Source: an uncultured Bacilli bacterium (GTDB lineage Bacteria > Bacillota_I > Bacilli_A > RF39 > UBA660). Taken from it: 44,239 nt of DNA. This document shows positions 9,168 to 18,310 of this stretch, piece after piece. The notes beneath the pieces are model-generated. The model was given only the letters and a program-made list of their open reading frames with translations, was not told the origin of the DNA and ran no database searches. How positions within the stretch are numbered: the stretch's first letter is position 1; each line of letters opens with the position of its first letter. The DNA lies in NCBI GenBank assembly GCA_944358945.1, contig CALVSH010000021.1, positions 1 through 44,239 of the forward strand, in the 5' to 3' direction. Made by a program: the position numbers and the translations under genes.

Positions 9168-10172
9168 TTATTGTTCCATTAAGTATTTAGCAGTTCTAAC
9201 CATTTGAGCAGTGTAGCTCATTTCATTATCATACCATGATACTACTCTAGCTAGTTGCTTTCCGTCTACTTCTAATATACTAGTAGATAATCCGTCTACT
9301 AATGATCCACAGTGTCTACCGATTACGTCACTAGATACAATAGGGTCATCTGTATATTGAAGAGTTTCGTTTTGTGCTCCTTTTAATACGCCATTGATTT
9401 CTTCTACCGTCGTATTCTTTTTAAATTCAAGTACTAAATCAATTACTGATCCAGTAGAAACAGGAACACGCATTGCAGCTCCATCTAGTTTTCCATCTAG
9501 GTTTGGACATACTTTGCCGATAGCTGCTGCTGCTCCAGTTGATGCTGGTACAATATTAGCAGCACAAGCTCTTCCACGACGAGCTTTAATTCCTTTTTTG
9601 TGTGGAACATCTAGTGTAGCTTGGTCATTAGTGTAAGCATGAACTGTTGTCATATATCCTTTTTCTATACCAAATGCTTTATCTAGTACATCTACTACAG
9701 GTGCTAGACAGTTTGTTGTACAGCTAGCGGCTGAAATAATTTTTTCTTCTCCTGTTAATATCATATGATTTACATTATAAACAATTGTCTTGATATCTCC
9801 TTTAGCTGGAGCTGAAATAATCACTTTTTTAGCTCCGGCATTGATATGAGCCATTGCCTTTTCTTCTGATGTAAATCTACCAGTACATTCAAGTACTACA
9901 TCAATATTTAAATCTTTCCATGGAAGATTGTTAGGATCTGTTTCAGCATATACTTTAATGCTTCTATCTCCTACTACAATTGTATCTTCCTCATTATGAA
10001 TTTCGTCTATTCTATAATTTCTATGATTTGTGTCATATTTTAACAAATATGCTAATGTCTCAGCATCTGTTAAGTCATTAATAGCAACAATTTCAAAATC
10101 TGGATCTTCTTCCATTAAACGGAAAGCAAGTCTTCCGATTCTTCCAAATCCATTGATTGCGACTCTTACCAT
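9168..10172 (-). CDS. gap: Glyceraldehyde-3-phosphate dehydrogenase (type I)
   Basis: INGFGRIGR, ASCTTNCLAP, WYDNE motifs. Confidence 0.99.
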   Translation of the reverse strand: MVRVAINGFGRIGRLAFRLMEEDPDFEIVAINDLTDAETLAYLLKYDTNHRNYRIDEIHNEEDTIVVGDRSIKVYAETDPNNLPWKDLNIDVVLECTGRFTSEEKAMAHINAGAKKVIISAPAKGDIKTIVYNVNHMILTGEEKIISAASCTTNCLAPVVDVLDKAFGIEKGYMTTVHAYTNDQATLDVPHKKGIKARRGRACAANIVPASTGAAAAIGKVCPNLDGKLDGAAMRVPVSTGSVIDLVLEFKKNTTVEEINGVLKGAQNETLQYTDDPIVSSDVIGRHCGSLVDGLSTSILEVDGKQLARVVSWYDNEMSYTAQMVRTAKYLMEQ

Positions 10173-10194
10173 AAATCATTCCTCCTTTATTTTC

Positions 10195-10258
10195 ATTATA
10201 TAGTGTTCTTTTTTTTGTTTCAATATATTCAAAAAAATTTTGACACTTACTTGTCGAA
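10195..10258 (-). promoter_or_regulatory. gap promoter with upstream inverted pair of Spo0A boxes
   Basis: TTGAAA-N17-TATAAT; TTTGACA (10239-10245) N6 TGTCGAA (10252-10258). Confidence 0.6.
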
Positions 10259-10285
10259 AAAAATATCCACAGATTTTGTGGATAA
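10257..10285 (-). terminator. Terminator after the nucleoside kinase gene whose stem is two inverted DnaA boxes
   Basis: TTATCCACA-AAATC-TGTGGATAT-T run on the minus strand. Confidence 0.6.
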
Positions 10286-11941
10286 TTATTCATTAAAATA
10301 GCTATTTCCAATAAACTCTCTTAAAATAGAATCCTGTGGGATTACATCCGCTGGTATTGGTAGAAATAATCTTAAGAATTCAATTAGTCTTTTTGCTTCT
10401 TCATAACATGGAGAGTCTTGATGAACTGAATATAATAATGGTTCTACATAAGTTTTTAACACTCCTATTTCATAGATTAATGCAGAATTAAAAGTAAAAT
10501 CTGCTTCATCTTGGTATGGGAAAATATACTTTTCTTCTCCATGCCTTACATCATCCCAGGTCATTAATGTGTGTTCTACATTGTTATTTCTCGTTCTATT
10601 ATCGCGAATAATTCTTCTTAACAGGCGATTATCTGTTGTAGCTACTCGGTTGTGATTATCAATATTTATTTCTGTTAAGGCAGATATATAAATCTTATAT
10701 TTTTTATTTCTTGGGATGTTTGTTAGAATTTTGTTATCTAGAGCGTGAATTCCTTCAATTAATAAAATATCTTCATCTTCTAATTTTATTTCATGATTAA
10801 ATTCTTTTTTGCCTAATGGGAAGATATATGTTGGAATTTTTACTGTTTCTCCTTTTAACAATGCTTCTACTTGTTTATCAAATAATTTTAAGTCAATAGC
10901 TTCTAAGCATTCATAATCTGGTTTACCATTTTTATCTACTGGCGTAATTTCTTTTTCTACAAAGTAATCATCCATTGATAATACTTTAGGATGTAGACCA
11001 AAACTTTCTAAATACATTCTTAATTTTTTTGATGTTGTAGTTTTACCAGATGAAGATGGTCCGGCCATTAAAACAATTTTTATCTCTTTTCTTTTCTTAT
11101 TTATTTCTCTTGCTAGATTTAGAAGTCTATTACTTTGTAAGGTCTCATCTATTTTAATTAAATCTCCTATTTTTCCTAATGATACTATTCTATTTAAATC
11201 TACGGCATTTTCTACCCCTATTAACTTTGCCCAGTCTCTACATTCCTGGAAGACCTCAAACATGTGTGGATGGTGTTTGTATGTAGGTATTTTAACTGAT
11301 TGATAGATAGTTGGGAATTGTAGTACAAATCCGTTTTCTTTTACCATGGTTATATCAAAGTCTTTTACTTTTCCGGTAGATGATGGCATTAAATTATAAA
11401 AATAGTTATAATAATTTCCTAGACGATATAGTGAAATGTAACCATTGGTAATATAGGTCATCACCCCTACCTTGGCTTCATCATTTTTACTTTCAAAATA
11501 TTTGATTGCCTCTTTTCTATCTACTGTACTTTTTATAATAGGAATATCGGCTGCGATAATTTTGTTCATTGTTTCTTTGATATTTTTTACTCTGTTTTCT
11601 GTTAGACGGAAAGTTGTTTCAATATAGATTCCTTTGTCTAATGAGTGTTGAACAATAATATCTGCTTCTTCTCCAAATAACTTTTTAATCGCATATAATA
11701 ATACATATGTAAGCCCACTGATATGTGTTCTGTTTCCATCTCTTGTTGTTAAGTCTATAAATTCAATCTTTGATGGTTTTTCTAATTTTTTACTTAACTC
11801 TTTTAGACGATTGTTTACTTTTGCTAATAAAATAGGATATTTATATTCTTTTTGGAATTCCTTGGCTATTTCTTCTAGAGTCATGCCCCTGGTCATTTGG
11901 TATTTTTTACCTTTTATTTCAACTTCCATTGTTTCCATCAT
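10286..11941 (-). CDS. Nucleoside (uridine) kinase family protein with N-terminal ThrRS-like domain
   Basis: N-terminal TGS/ThrRS-like segment; AGPSSSGKTT P-loop, MDDYF, IEGIHAL, RRIIRD, GEEKYIFP. Confidence 0.88.
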   Translation of the reverse strand: MMETMEVEIKGKKYQMTRGMTLEEIAKEFQKEYKYPILLAKVNNRLKELSKKLEKPSKIEFIDLTTRDGNRTHISGLTYVLLYAIKKLFGEEADIIVQHSLDKGIYIETTFRLTENRVKNIKETMNKIIAADIPIIKSTVDRKEAIKYFESKNDEAKVGVMTYITNGYISLYRLGNYYNYFYNLMPSSTGKVKDFDITMVKENGFVLQFPTIYQSVKIPTYKHHPHMFEVFQECRDWAKLIGVENAVDLNRIVSLGKIGDLIKIDETLQSNRLLNLAREINKKRKEIKIVLMAGPSSSGKTTTSKKLRMYLESFGLHPKVLSMDDYFVEKEITPVDKNGKPDYECLEAIDLKLFDKQVEALLKGETVKIPTYIFPLGKKEFNHEIKLEDEDILLIEGIHALDNKILTNIPRNKKYKIYISALTEINIDNHNRVATTDNRLLRRIIRDNRTRNNNVEHTLMTWDDVRHGEEKYIFPYQDEADFTFNSALIYEIGVLKTYVEPLLYSVHQDSPCYEEAKRLIEFLRLFLPIPADVIPQDSILREFIGNSYFNE

Positions 11942-11999
11942 AGTTTCACCCTCTTTATTTTCTCTTATTATTGTATCATACTTTGTCGTTTTAGAATAT

Positions 12000-12029
12000 G
12001 CATATTTTGATTGCTTTACACCTATACTA
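12000..12029 (+). promoter_or_regulatory. Candidate sigG/sigF-type promoter of clpP
   Basis: GCATA-N18-TATACTA; no TTGACA-like -35 at the proper spacing and no CtsR repeat seen. Confidence 0.35.
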
Positions 12030-12045
12030 TGGATAGGTGATGATT

Positions 12046-12618
12046 ATGGGACTTGTACCAGTTGTTGTAGAAAGAGAATTAGATGGAGAAAGAAGTTATG
12101 ATATTTTTTCTAGGTTACTAAAAGAGAGAATTATTTTTATTAGCGGAGAAATCAATGATAGCCTGGCAAATAATGTTATTGCTTCTTTATTATACTTAGA
12201 TTCTATTAGTCATGACGATATTTGTATTTATATCAATTCTCCTGGTGGTAGTGTATCAAGTGGATTTGCGATATATGATACGATGCAACATGTATCTAGT
12301 GATGTTTCTACTATTTGTGTAGGAATGGCTGCTAGTATGGGAGCATTTTTATTATCTAGTGGAACTAAAAATAAAAGATATGCTTTACCTAATGCTGATA
12401 TTATGATTCATCAACCGTTAGGTGGTGCTGAAGGTCAAGCTAGCGATATAAAAATTGTTGCGGATAGAATTATACTTTTGAGAAAAAGATTAAATAAGAT
12501 ACTGGCTAAGAATACTGGATGCTCACTAAAAAAAATTGAAAAAGATACCGAAAGGGACTATTATTTAGATGCTGAAGAAGCCTTGGCGTATGGTTTGATT
12601 GATGGTATTATAAAGTAA
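12046..12618 (+). CDS. clpP: ATP-dependent Clp protease proteolytic subunit
   Basis: [30 protein letters not shown] (Ser), IHQP (His), DTERD (Asp); start after AGGTGA RBS. Confidence 0.97.
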   Translation: MGLVPVVVERELDGERSYDIFSRLLKERIIFISGEINDSLANNVIASLLYLDSISHDDICIYINSPGGSVSSGFAIYDTMQHVSSDVSTICVGMAASMGAFLLSSGTKNKRYALPNADIMIHQPLGGAEGQASDIKIVADRIILLRKRLNKILAKNTGCSLKKIEKDTERDYYLDAEEALAYGLIDGIIK

Positions 12619-12671
12619 AATGTTAATTTCACATTTTTTAGTTATAGACATTATTAAAAAGACATGATTTT

Positions 12672-13622
12672 TCATGCCTTTTCATTTTCTTTTTCTAGGT
12701 TTTTGAATTTTGTTGCGAGTTCTTTTATCTTTCTGAATCTATGGTTTAAACCTGACTTACTAATTGATTTTCCCGTTTCTAATGAGATGATTTCGCTTAA
12801 TTCTTTTAAGGAGGTTTCTGGATATTTTTTTCTATATTCTAAAGCTTCTAAAGTTTTGTCATCTAATAGACTAGTTCCTAAGTTTTCTTCTATTATCTTT
12901 ATATCATCTAGTTGAGCCGTGGCGGTTGCGATTACTTTGTCCATATTCGCTTGTTCACAGTTATTTAGTCTGTTAGCTTGATTTTTTTTGTTGCGATATA
13001 TTCTTTGATTTTCAAAGTATAATACGGCATTATTGGCTTTGATAATTTTTAGATAATCACTAATTTTATCAGCTTCTTTAATATATAACATATACCCTTT
13101 GTCTCTTGTTAGTATTTTTACATTTAAATCAAATAGGTTTAGTAGTTTTTGAACAAAGACTGCTTCTTCTGCTTGTTCAATTAGTAATTCCATATGATAC
13201 CTTGATGTTTTAGGGTCGTTAATACTTCCTGATGATAGAAAAACTCCTTTTAAATAGGCTCTTATTTCTTCGTTAGCTCCTACAATATATTCTGGTGGTC
13301 GGCCTAGATAGTTTCCCTCTTTGTCTTGATAACCTATATCTTCTAAGATAAAGTCTTTTTTTTCTTCAATTGTTAAGACTAGTAAGTCTTTTTTACTGAA
13401 GTTTAGACTGTCTTTTACTTCTTTTTTTACTTTTGTTTCATATAGTGTTTCGATTTGTTTTTCAATTCTTTCACAAATATACGGATTTTCTGTTGTTAGT
13501 TGAAAACCATGAGGTGTGTTGTGCCCATTATTTCTGATATAACCTGATAATTCAGCAATTGTTTCTGATTTAGAACTAATGTTTTTTGATATTTCTTCTT
13601 TGATTGTCGTGGTGTATGACAT
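12672..13622 (-). CDS. whiA: DNA-binding protein WhiA
   Basis: GSINDP..YHME, NRLNNCEQANMDK, SKSGLNHRFRKI motifs; downstream of yvcK. Confidence 0.95.
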   Translation of the reverse strand: MSYTTTIKEEISKNISSKSETIAELSGYIRNNGHNTPHGFQLTTENPYICERIEKQIETLYETKVKKEVKDSLNFSKKDLLVLTIEEKKDFILEDIGYQDKEGNYLGRPPEYIVGANEEIRAYLKGVFLSSGSINDPKTSRYHMELLIEQAEEAVFVQKLLNLFDLNVKILTRDKGYMLYIKEADKISDYLKIIKANNAVLYFENQRIYRNKKNQANRLNNCEQANMDKVIATATAQLDDIKIIEENLGTSLLDDKTLEALEYRKKYPETSLKELSEIISLETGKSISKSGLNHRFRKIKELATKFKNLEKENEKA

Positions 13623-13623
13623 A

Positions 13624-14577
13624 TTATTTCCTCATTAAATAATTGAATATTAATCCACTTAATTTTAGACTATTGTGTCTTAATATATTATCTTCTATAA
13701 CAATTAAATCATCTTCTATTAGTTCTGTTTTTAAACTTTCTATAGCTGCATAATCTATTTTTACTGGTGATTTTTGTTCATCCGTTTCATATTTTTCGGC
13801 TATCTTTTTATCTATTTTTGTATTACTAGCGATTACTACATCAATTTGTCGTTTATCTAGATATTGATTTAGTAGTTTTATGTGATCACTTACTGTGAAA
13901 TTGTCTGTTTCTCCTGGTTGTGTTACTACATTACATAAATACATAATTGGTGCTTTTGTTCTATTTAGAGCATCTTGTACTTCGCTACAAATTATATTAG
14001 GTAAAATACTTGTAAATAGACTTCCCATGCTAAAGATAACTAGATCAGCATCTAGTATGGCATTGATTACTTCTGGTAATACTTTTGGTTCTTCCTTGTA
14101 GAATATTTTTTGGAATTTTTTGTTTGCATGAGTAATTTGTTCTTCTCCTTCTACTACATCTCCATCTTTACCTAGTCCCATTAAGGTTAGGGATGAGTCT
14201 TCAGAAATTGGTAATACTGTTTGCTTTACATCAAATAACTTGCTTAAATAAGCAATCGATTCTTTTAGGGAACCAGTGATATCTAACATAGATGTTAAAA
14301 TTAGATTTCCCATGGCATGACCATTTAGATCACTAGATGTATTGAAACGATATTCCATCATTTCTTTGATTGGTTTATCAATATTTGATAATGATGTGAT
14401 AACCTTTCTAATATCTCCTACAGCTGGAGTATTAAATTCTTTTCTTAATTTTCCCGTTGAACGACCATTGTCTGATACTGTAATTACTGCCGTAATATCA
14501 ATTGGAAAATCTTTTAAACCTCTTAATAGATAAGAAATTCCGGTTCCTCCACCAAATACAACAACTTTTTTATTCAT
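13624..14577 (-). CDS. yvcK: YvcK/GlmR (UPF0052) gluconeogenesis and UDP-GlcNAc factor
   Basis: GGGTG, VSDNGRSTG, GDIR, GHAMGNL, GSLFTSILPN, TQPGET, RHNS motifs. Confidence 0.93.
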   Translation of the reverse strand: MNKKVVVFGGGTGISYLLRGLKDFPIDITAVITVSDNGRSTGKLRKEFNTPAVGDIRKVITSLSNIDKPIKEMMEYRFNTSSDLNGHAMGNLILTSMLDITGSLKESIAYLSKLFDVKQTVLPISEDSSLTLMGLGKDGDVVEGEEQITHANKKFQKIFYKEEPKVLPEVINAILDADLVIFSMGSLFTSILPNIICSEVQDALNRTKAPIMYLCNVVTQPGETDNFTVSDHIKLLNQYLDKRQIDVVIASNTKIDKKIAEKYETDEQKSPVKIDYAAIESLKTELIEDDLIVIEDNILRHNSLKLSGLIFNYLMRK

Positions 14578-15370
14578 TTTTACCTCCTAATTTATGTACA
14601 ACATTCTTATTTTTCAAACTCTTTATTATTATTAGAGTAAGACCTGATATGACGAAGATGATGGATACTAGTTGTGCTATCTTGATAGGACCTAACATTA
14701 GAGAGTCTGTTCTCATAGCTTCTATCATAAAACGAATAATTCCATACCAAATTAAATAGAAGCCCGTTAGGTATCCTGGTTTTAATTTTTTATACTTACG
14801 TAATAATAACATTATAATAAAGCCAATTAAACACCAAGTTGATTCATAGAAAAAAGTGGGATGGTGATATGCACCTGAAATGTACATTCCCTCTATGATA
14901 AAGTTGGGAAGAAATAGAGATGTTAGATTCTCTTTTGTAGTTATAGGTCCGTAGGCTTCTTGGTTGAAGAAATTTCCCCAGCGACCGATTGCTTGTGCTA
15001 CTATTAGTCCAACTACTACCATATCTAATATTTTGTATATATCCACTTTGTATTTTTTACAGTAATATATGATAAATAGAAGGCCAGCAATGATTCCTCC
15101 ATGAATTGCTAGGCCTCCATTCCAGATTTTTATTATTTCTATAGGATTTGATAAGTAATAAGATAAATTAAATATTATATAGTAAAGTCTTGCACCTAGT
15201 ATTCCTATTAATATAGTATAAAAAGTTAAGTTTATCAAGAACTCTTCGTCTATCTTATTTTTTTTTGCTTCTTTGTATATCAAAATGCAGGCTACTAGTA
15301 TTCCTGTAAATATACAGATAGAATACCAGCGTATTTGAAGTGGTCCTAATTCTAGAGCTATTTTATCCAT
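14570..15370 (-). CDS. lgt: Prolipoprotein diacylglyceryl transferase
   Basis: IRWY, GARLYY, GGLAIHGG, QAIGRWGNFFNQEAYG, HPTFFYES motifs. Confidence 0.97.
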   Translation of the reverse strand: MDKIALELGPLQIRWYSICIFTGILVACILIYKEAKKNKIDEEFLINLTFYTILIGILGARLYYIIFNLSYYLSNPIEIIKIWNGGLAIHGGIIAGLLFIIYYCKKYKVDIYKILDMVVVGLIVAQAIGRWGNFFNQEAYGPITTKENLTSLFLPNFIIEGMYISGAYHHPTFFYESTWCLIGFIIMLLLRKYKKLKPGYLTGFYLIWYGIIRFMIEAMRTDSLMLGPIKIAQLVSIIFVISGLTLIIIKSLKNKNVVHKLGGKNE

Positions 15371-15380
15371 AGGCTACCTC

Positions 15381-18200
15381 TTATCCTTGTAATATTTTCT
15401 TTAAGAATTGACCGGTATAGGATTCTTTTACTTCGGCTACTTCCTCTGGTGTTCCAGTTGCGACAATTTGTCCACCTTCATCTCCACCCTCTGGTCCTAA
15501 GTCAATAATGTGATCAGCCACTTTGATAACATCTAAGTTGTGTTCAATCACTACTACGGTATCTTTATTATCTACTATTTTTTGTAAAATTGCAAGTAAT
15601 CGCTTGATATCATGAGTGTGAAGTCCAGTCGTTGGTTCATCTAGAACAAATAGAGTTTTTCCTGTTGCTTTCTTTTGTAGTTCTTTCGCTAATTTTACAC
15701 GTTCCGCTTCTCCTCCTGATAGAGTTGGAGCTGGTTGACCTAATTTAATATATCCTAATCCAACATCTTCTATTACTTGAAGTTTCTTTTTAATTCTTGG
15801 CACATTTGAGAAAAATTCTAAAGCTTCTGATACTCGCATATCCAACACTTCGGCGATATTTTTCCCCTTATATTTTATGTTTAGAGTTTCTCTATTATAC
15901 CTTGTTCCATGACATACTTCGCATGGTACATAAACATCTGGTAGGAAGTGCATTTCAATCTTTTTGACACCGTCTCCACGACAAGCTTCACAACGTCCTC
16001 CTTTTACATTAAATGAGAAACGATTCTTTTCAAAACCATACATTTTAGCTTCTTTTGTGGTAGTGAAGAGGGTACGTATGTCATCGAATACTCCGGTGTA
16101 TGTTGCGGGATTTGATCTTGGTGTTCTTCCAATTGGATTTTGAGATATCGCAACAATTTTATCAATGTTATTTAAACCTAAAATCTTTTTATGATTTCCT
16201 GGTTTTTCTTTAGAATGATATAGATTTTGTGATACTGCTTTACATAGAATTTCATTTATTAAGCTACTCTTTCCACTTCCTGATACTCCTGTTATACAGG
16301 TAAATGTTCCAAGTGGAATGTCTACGTCGATATTTTTTAGATTATGTTCACTAGCTCCCTTTATTTTTAAGAATTTTTTATTGCCTTTTCTTCTTGTTTT
16401 CGGAATTTCTATACATTTCTTACCACTTAAGTATTGTCCAGTTAAACTGTTCTCATTTTTCATTACTTCCTCTGGTGTTCCTGCTGCGACGATTTGTCCT
16501 CCGTGGTCTCCAGCACCTGGACCAATGTCTACTAGATAATCACAAGCTAACATTGTATCTGTATCATGTTCTACAACTACTAGGGTATTACCTAAATCTC
16601 TCATTTCTAACATAGATTTTATTAATTTTTCATTATCCCTTTGATGTAGTCCAATACTAGGTTCATCTAATACATATAATACCCCTGTTAAATGAGAACC
16701 AATCTGGGTTGCTAGACGGATACGTTGTGCTTCTCCTCCCGATAGGGTTCCCGCACTTCTACTTAGTGTTAAATATTCTAATCCAACATTAGCTAGGAAA
16801 TGAAGACGGTCTTGAACTTCTTTAATCACTAGCTTAGCAATTTCTTTTTTCTCTTCTGATAATTTTAGATTATCAAAGAAAGGAATTAATTCTTTAATAC
16901 TCATCTGGGTTACTTCGTAGATATTCTTTCCATTTAACTTTACAGATAACACATCATCATTTAAACGAGCTCCATGACAAGTTTCACAAGTATGTTCAAC
17001 CATATAATTTTCTAACCATTCTCTAATCCAAGTAGAACTTGTTTCCATGTATCTTCTTTCTAAGTTATTGATAATTCCTTCATAATAATCTCTAGAATTA
17101 TATTTGTTTCCACTCTTAGAAGAATACTGGAAGTGAATTATTTCATCTGAACCATAAAGAATTACATTTTGTTGTTTTTTTGTTAGAGATTTCCAAGGTT
17201 TTGTCATATCAATTTTATAGTGTTTACAAAGACATTCCAATTTTTGATAATCTAATCCTTCTTGGTCATCTGTTAGAGTCTTTATACAACCTGTCGCAAT
17301 AGATTTTGTTTTATCTGGAATGATTAAGTCTTCATCAATTTTTGACTTTATTCCTAATCCTTTACAGTCTGGGCATGCTCCATAAGGGGCATTAAAACTA
17401 AAGATTCTTGGTTCTAACTCTGGTAGGGAAAACTCACAGTAAGGACACGCAAATGATTCTGATAAAACTATTTCTTTTCTATTTTCTCCTAGGATATCAA
17501 TTACTACTTTACCTTCTGATAATTTGGTTGCGGCTTCGATTGCTTCAAATAGTCTAGATCTTGATCCTTCTTTGATTATTAACCTGTCAATTACTACATC
17601 AATTTTATGTTTTTTATTTTTATCTAAGGTGATATCTTCTGATAAGTCTTGCATTTCTTCATCGACACGAACTCGGATATATCCTTCTTTTCTTAAATGC
17701 TCTAGTAAATCTTTTTGTGTTCCTTTTTCCCCATGAACTACAGGAGACATAATAATAATCTTAGTACCTTCTGGATACTCTAATACTTTATTCGTCATTT
17801 CTTCCACACTTTGAGAAGATATTGGAATATGATGATTTGGACAATATGGAACTCCTACTCTGGCAAATATTAGTCTTAAGTAATCATAAATTTCCGTTAC
17901 TGTACCTACTGTTGATCTAGGGTTATTATTAGTAGTTTTTTGATCAATACTAATTGCAGGAGATAGTCCTTCAATACTGTCTACATCTGGTTTTTCACTA
18001 CCACCTAAAAATTGTCTGGCATAAGCAGATAAACTTTCTACATAGCGTCTTTGCCCTTCTGCATAAATAGTATCAAAAGCTAAAGAACTTTTTCCACTTC
18101 CTGATACTCCTGTCATAACAACTAATTTATTCTTTGGTATTTCTATATTAACATTCTTTAAGTTATTTTCTCTTGCACCTTTTACAATTATTTTATCCAT
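15381..18200 (-). CDS. uvrA: Excinuclease ABC subunit A
   Basis: Two ABC modules (GVSGSGKSS, LSGGE), zinc-finger CxxC pairs; ATG 18200 after AGGTG RBS. Confidence 0.99.
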   Translation of the reverse strand: MDKIIVKGARENNLKNVNIEIPKNKLVVMTGVSGSGKSSLAFDTIYAEGQRRYVESLSAYARQFLGGSEKPDVDSIEGLSPAISIDQKTTNNNPRSTVGTVTEIYDYLRLIFARVGVPYCPNHHIPISSQSVEEMTNKVLEYPEGTKIIIMSPVVHGEKGTQKDLLEHLRKEGYIRVRVDEEMQDLSEDITLDKNKKHKIDVVIDRLIIKEGSRSRLFEAIEAATKLSEGKVVIDILGENRKEIVLSESFACPYCEFSLPELEPRIFSFNAPYGACPDCKGLGIKSKIDEDLIIPDKTKSIATGCIKTLTDDQEGLDYQKLECLCKHYKIDMTKPWKSLTKKQQNVILYGSDEIIHFQYSSKSGNKYNSRDYYEGIINNLERRYMETSSTWIREWLENYMVEHTCETCHGARLNDDVLSVKLNGKNIYEVTQMSIKELIPFFDNLKLSEEKKEIAKLVIKEVQDRLHFLANVGLEYLTLSRSAGTLSGGEAQRIRLATQIGSHLTGVLYVLDEPSIGLHQRDNEKLIKSMLEMRDLGNTLVVVEHDTDTMLACDYLVDIGPGAGDHGGQIVAAGTPEEVMKNENSLTGQYLSGKKCIEIPKTRRKGNKKFLKIKGASEHNLKNIDVDIPLGTFTCITGVSGSGKSSLINEILCKAVSQNLYHSKEKPGNHKKILGLNNIDKIVAISQNPIGRTPRSNPATYTGVFDDIRTLFTTTKEAKMYGFEKNRFSFNVKGGRCEACRGDGVKKIEMHFLPDVYVPCEVCHGTRYNRETLNIKYKGKNIAEVLDMRVSEALEFFSNVPRIKKKLQVIEDVGLGYIKLGQPAPTLSGGEAERVKLAKELQKKATGKTLFVLDEPTTGLHTHDIKRLLAILQKIVDNKDTVVVIEHNLDVIKVADHIIDLGPEGGDEGGQIVATGTPEEVAEVKESYTGQFLKKILQG

Positions 18201-18242
18201 ATACTTCACCTGCCATATTTCTTTTTGTAAAATAACATCTAT

Positions 18243-18278
18243 ATTTTAATCACATTAGCTTTTTTCGTCAATCGAACA
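18243..18278 (-). promoter_or_regulatory. uvrA sigma-A promoter with TGTTCGATTG motif over the -35
   Basis: TGTTCGA-TTGACG-N17-TAAAAT. Confidence 0.7.
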
Positions 18279-18282
18279 AATT

Positions 18283-18307
18283 AAAATCAGAAGAAATTCT
18301 TCCGATT
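18283..18307 (-). terminator. Terminator of the uvrB - radical SAM - kinase-like unit
   Basis: AATCGGAAGA-ATT-TCTTCTGATT followed by T's on the minus strand. Confidence 0.6.
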
Positions 18308-18310
18308 ATT

